The position numbers were made by a program, and so were the translations under genes. A stretch of DNA of 64,000 nucleotides from Vicugna vicugna (Eukaryota), in assembly GCA_013265495.1 (NCBI GenBank), contig MU057947.1:382048-446047 (forward strand), written 5' to 3'. Under the pieces are notes generated by a model. That model searched no databases and was not told the origin of the DNA. It worked only from the letters and a program-made list of their open reading frames with translations. Shown piece by piece: positions 60,730 through 64,000 of this stretch. Numbering within the stretch: the stretch's first letter is position 1; every line of letters starts with the position of its first letter.

Positions 60730-63700
60730 GGGACCAAGGACGGCGGTGGGCGGGTGTCAGGGCAAGACGTCTGCTGGGAGCGAAACGGTGAGCCTCCTGC
60801 AGCGGCCACGGCTGTCCCTGGGGGCTTCCGCTCAGAGGCAGAAGGAAGTCTGAGAGTCTGGGTGTCAGAACACAGGGGGTCAAAGCATAGTTCTTGCAGG
60901 TTAAAGACAAACCACGCACATTGCCTGCTGTGAACGTGTATTTATGTTGTTGTGTTTTATGCCTTGTTCTGGACACTTGTGTGCACCGTGCCATTAATTT
61001 TCCTTTGATGTTTTGAAAAGAACAATTTTTGTGTTTCTCTCGGCTGAGCATTACCAGCCACGGCGCATTCAACACATCCGGCCATGCACAGTTCCAAAGC
61101 ATGGAATCTGGCTGAGTTTCACTGCGCCCTTCCCTCCGCCCCAGCGGCCGGGACTACGAACCACTCCTCACCGCTGTGGACCGTCCTGCAGTTCACCGTG
61201 TGTTTTCACACACTGTAGGAGTCAGGATGCCTTTGGACACAAGGCATAGGAACCAACTAAACGCGGCTCAGGAATGAAGCCCTGACTGTTCCCCATGAAA
61301 GGAGGCAGGTGGAGAGCCGATCTAGAGGCAGAGGAGTCGGGCCCTTCCGTTCAGCACCCTCAGACAGCAAGTCCACGCTGGGCTCCCTGCACCCAGGAAT
61401 GGCAGCTATGAAGAGAGGGAGGGGAAGAGACGGTGCAGTGACTGTCACAGACACACCTCATTTTAGCTTAGAGATCATCATTTCACAATAAGTACCAAAC
61501 TATAGCATATTAAGTACAATTCAGGGAAATAAAGCAGAGAATTCTTGTGGATAATATCATCATCATAGTAAAACAGAACTATTATAAATACAGATGCAGA
61601 AATAACTCATCATTATCAAAATTACCTTAAAAAAAATAAGCCAGCATGGCTTCTGGTGCAGGGTTCAAGGGAGCCTCCTGTTAGTGACTGGTATCCCCCT
61701 CTGCCCCACCCATGACCTGAGGGAACAGGTGCACAGACTGAAAAGCGCGGAGCAACGTGCTAAGTCAGCAGCGATGAACACTAACTCAAACTGTTTTGGC
61801 ACCACTTAAAAAAAGAGATCTGTAGTACTTCCCTTCTTACAAAAATCACAAATGCTATGAACTCTTAAACCTCTAAACCAAATGTGATGTTTCAGAGGTC
61901 TGACACTCACAGGAACATTTTAATTAAAAAGCAAGCTGGTGGGAAGGCTTGTAAAATTCTGTGAAGTTATAAAAAAATAGTTTTGAACATGTAGGGACCT
62001 TGTGGGGGCAGGAAAGAGGGGGGTCTGCAGTACTAATAGCTCTATTCCATTTTAATATTTTTGAATGTAGAGGTGTTTTTTAATCCCGTTCCAGAGAAAG
62101 CAAGATTTATCGCTGATTATGTAGTGGTAACAAATGGTGAGGGAAGCGCTGTAAACACTATTCTAGTGTGCATTTTTTTTTTCGGTGATATCTTCCCGCT
62201 TCTGATTGAAAATAGGAATAAATTAAATACAATCGCATGGGACTGCTTTATGCTTAGTCAAGAGCACTGGGGGTGATGTCGGTCCTGAAACACACCTATT
62301 TTCAAAGGGGGATGCTCGGGCGCGTGTTCATTTCCTAAGTATCCTCCTTGCCAAGCTTATTGTGAGGGTAATTTCTCAGTTCAGAACGAGAATTAACACG
62401 TATTCCTTGAGAGTTTCAGTTATTTGGCTAAGAAATGGCTCCCTTTAGAATGAATGCTCTTTATTCAACCTTTCAATGTCAGTTATCATTTTTAAAGCAG
62501 TTTGACCTGGAAGCATGCAGCTAAAATTGTGGGGACTGTTAATGACAGTTTTATTGGGCACTATGCTTATGGTTCACATTTTGAGGTCTGTATGTAATTG
62601 ATCTTTCTCCCCTACATGAGAAACACAGCAATAAGCTGGTTGCAGCACCACATTACAGATAGAGAGAAATAATAATGATGTCACCTTGAGATTCAAAGAT
62701 CGTGGAATAGTAATAGTCTCCTAGCTCATTTCTCCCAACTGTGATGACCTCTCCAGTACTAAATCTTAACAGTCTCAGCATTATTTTTGAATTATTCATG
62801 CCAGCCTTTTCCCTCACTACAAAATCAAGGGAAACGAATGCGCCGTGCTCGGTCAGCTCCACAGGTATTTTGGTAAAAATATAAAATGTTACTTGGTATC
62901 ACAAAAAAAGGGGGAGGGGGTAGCAGGGTACACGCGGCATGCTTGCCTTGAACAGAAACACACAAACAAAACACACCAAAAAATCATTTATGAAGAGAAG
63001 GAGCAAGTGCGTATTCCCACCGATTCTGAACCGACTATTGGCTAATCGCGTTTGGGTTACCTGGAGGGTGAGAGGTCTACAGCTAGAAATAAAAAGTGCG
63101 TAATGAGAGTCATTTCTATCGCCAGTCCACCCCCCAAATTACACTAATAAGTATGGGACGGCAAGAAATATGCGTGCTCTCTATCCTGGGCTAGTTCTAG
63201 CCAGCGTTAAACGTGAAGCTTTTGCTTTTGAAATGTCAAATCAGCGTCTATTTCTTATTTTAATTCAAATTATGCAGAGACAGCAGCTCGCCAGCTCGCC
63301 AGCTCTCCCGGTTTAGCCAGCCGGGAGGACGTGGGGAGGCTGGTTAGGTTCCAGTGATGATTCTCACAAAAAGCGCACGTGGGAGTAAAATAAAATGCAT
63401 GTACATGTAAACCCAGGCAGGTACCCTGATCCATCTGTAGCTCTTGACCTTTAAGTTCATGATGAAAAACAAATGTCAAGCTTTCAGAAGACAGGAGGAC
63501 CCCCGGCTTGGCCGGGCGGTGTCCGCCGTCGCGCAAGCTGTATTAATTCAGTACGGCATCAATAACCTTGAAATCGGGATTTTGCACGAAAAACCCAGGT
63601 TTATGTTTATTCAGAAACCAAAAGGGGGAAAAAAGGCAACTTTATTTAAAGGAGCCCTCGGTGGTGAGGGGGTGAGCGCTGCTCACCTCTCCAGATTTTT

Positions 63701-64000
63701 GGAGCTGCTCTCTGGCTTCCATGGCAACAGATACTTAAGAGGATGAGGACCCGGAGATGTTCCTTAAAGAGCCTTTTCATTTTGCATATAATTCTAATTA
63801 CAGATGCGGTTTGCTCATCCGGTTAAGTGGACCACACCTGGAGCAAAAGCCTGGTCAGTGACCCGTCTGCCTCCCCGGGCGCTGCAGACCCTCAGGGTGA
63901 GGTGAAGCCCTCTTCTGCGAGGCGGCAGGAGCTTACGTCTCATTAGCAAAATGCATTTTCTTCCAGATGAGGGAAGAAATCGCAATTGTTCGCTGTCCTC

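Noticed and set aside
61350..61368. REST/RE1-like TTCAGCACC...AGACAGC
   Set aside because: Wrong half-site spacing and a mismatch in GGACAG.
62095..62136. 42-nt candidate exon (EKARFIADYVVVTN)
   Set aside because: Plausible splice sites but no recognisable homology and no partner exons.
1..64000. Inferring host-gene strand from L1 orientation (about 10 plus versus 5 minus); CRISPR, operon or viral systems
   Set aside because: Counts are too small and the young copies are split between strands. No repeat-spacer arrays, gene-dense segments or retroviral internal genes were seen.

Overview
Mammalian non-coding genomic DNA, most likely from a camelid (alpaca/llama/camel). That inference rests on a tRNA-Ala(AGC)-derived SINE and cetartiodactyl-type L1 3' ends. 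I found no recognisable protein-coding exon, RNA gene, CRISPR array or prokaryotic system; the listed ORFs behave like chance frames in GC-rich or repeat-derived DNA. The window is a mosaic of three things: (i) decayed interspersed repeats (L1, HAL1, L2, MIR, MLT1 solo LTRs, MER3/MER5/MER46C/MER53/MER96B/MER119 DNA transposons); (ii) two CpG-island-like segments (~12.7-13.4 kb and ~44.1-45.1 kb); (iii) several repeat-poor blocks dense in HOX/PBX/MEIS, SOX/POU, FOX and TCF motifs that look like developmental enhancers in a large intron or gene desert. I cannot identify the host gene. I see no convincing novel biological system. The best second-look items are a tRNA-Leu(CAA) 5'-half relic wedged between two L1s, direct evidence of local AT->GC biased substitution in a young L1 copy, an L2/SINE/L1 junction, an exact MEIS-HOX13 composite site, and candidate recursive splice sites. 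Repeat family names come from remembered consensus sequences, and boundaries are approximate (tens of bp) unless a TSD or terminus is quoted.
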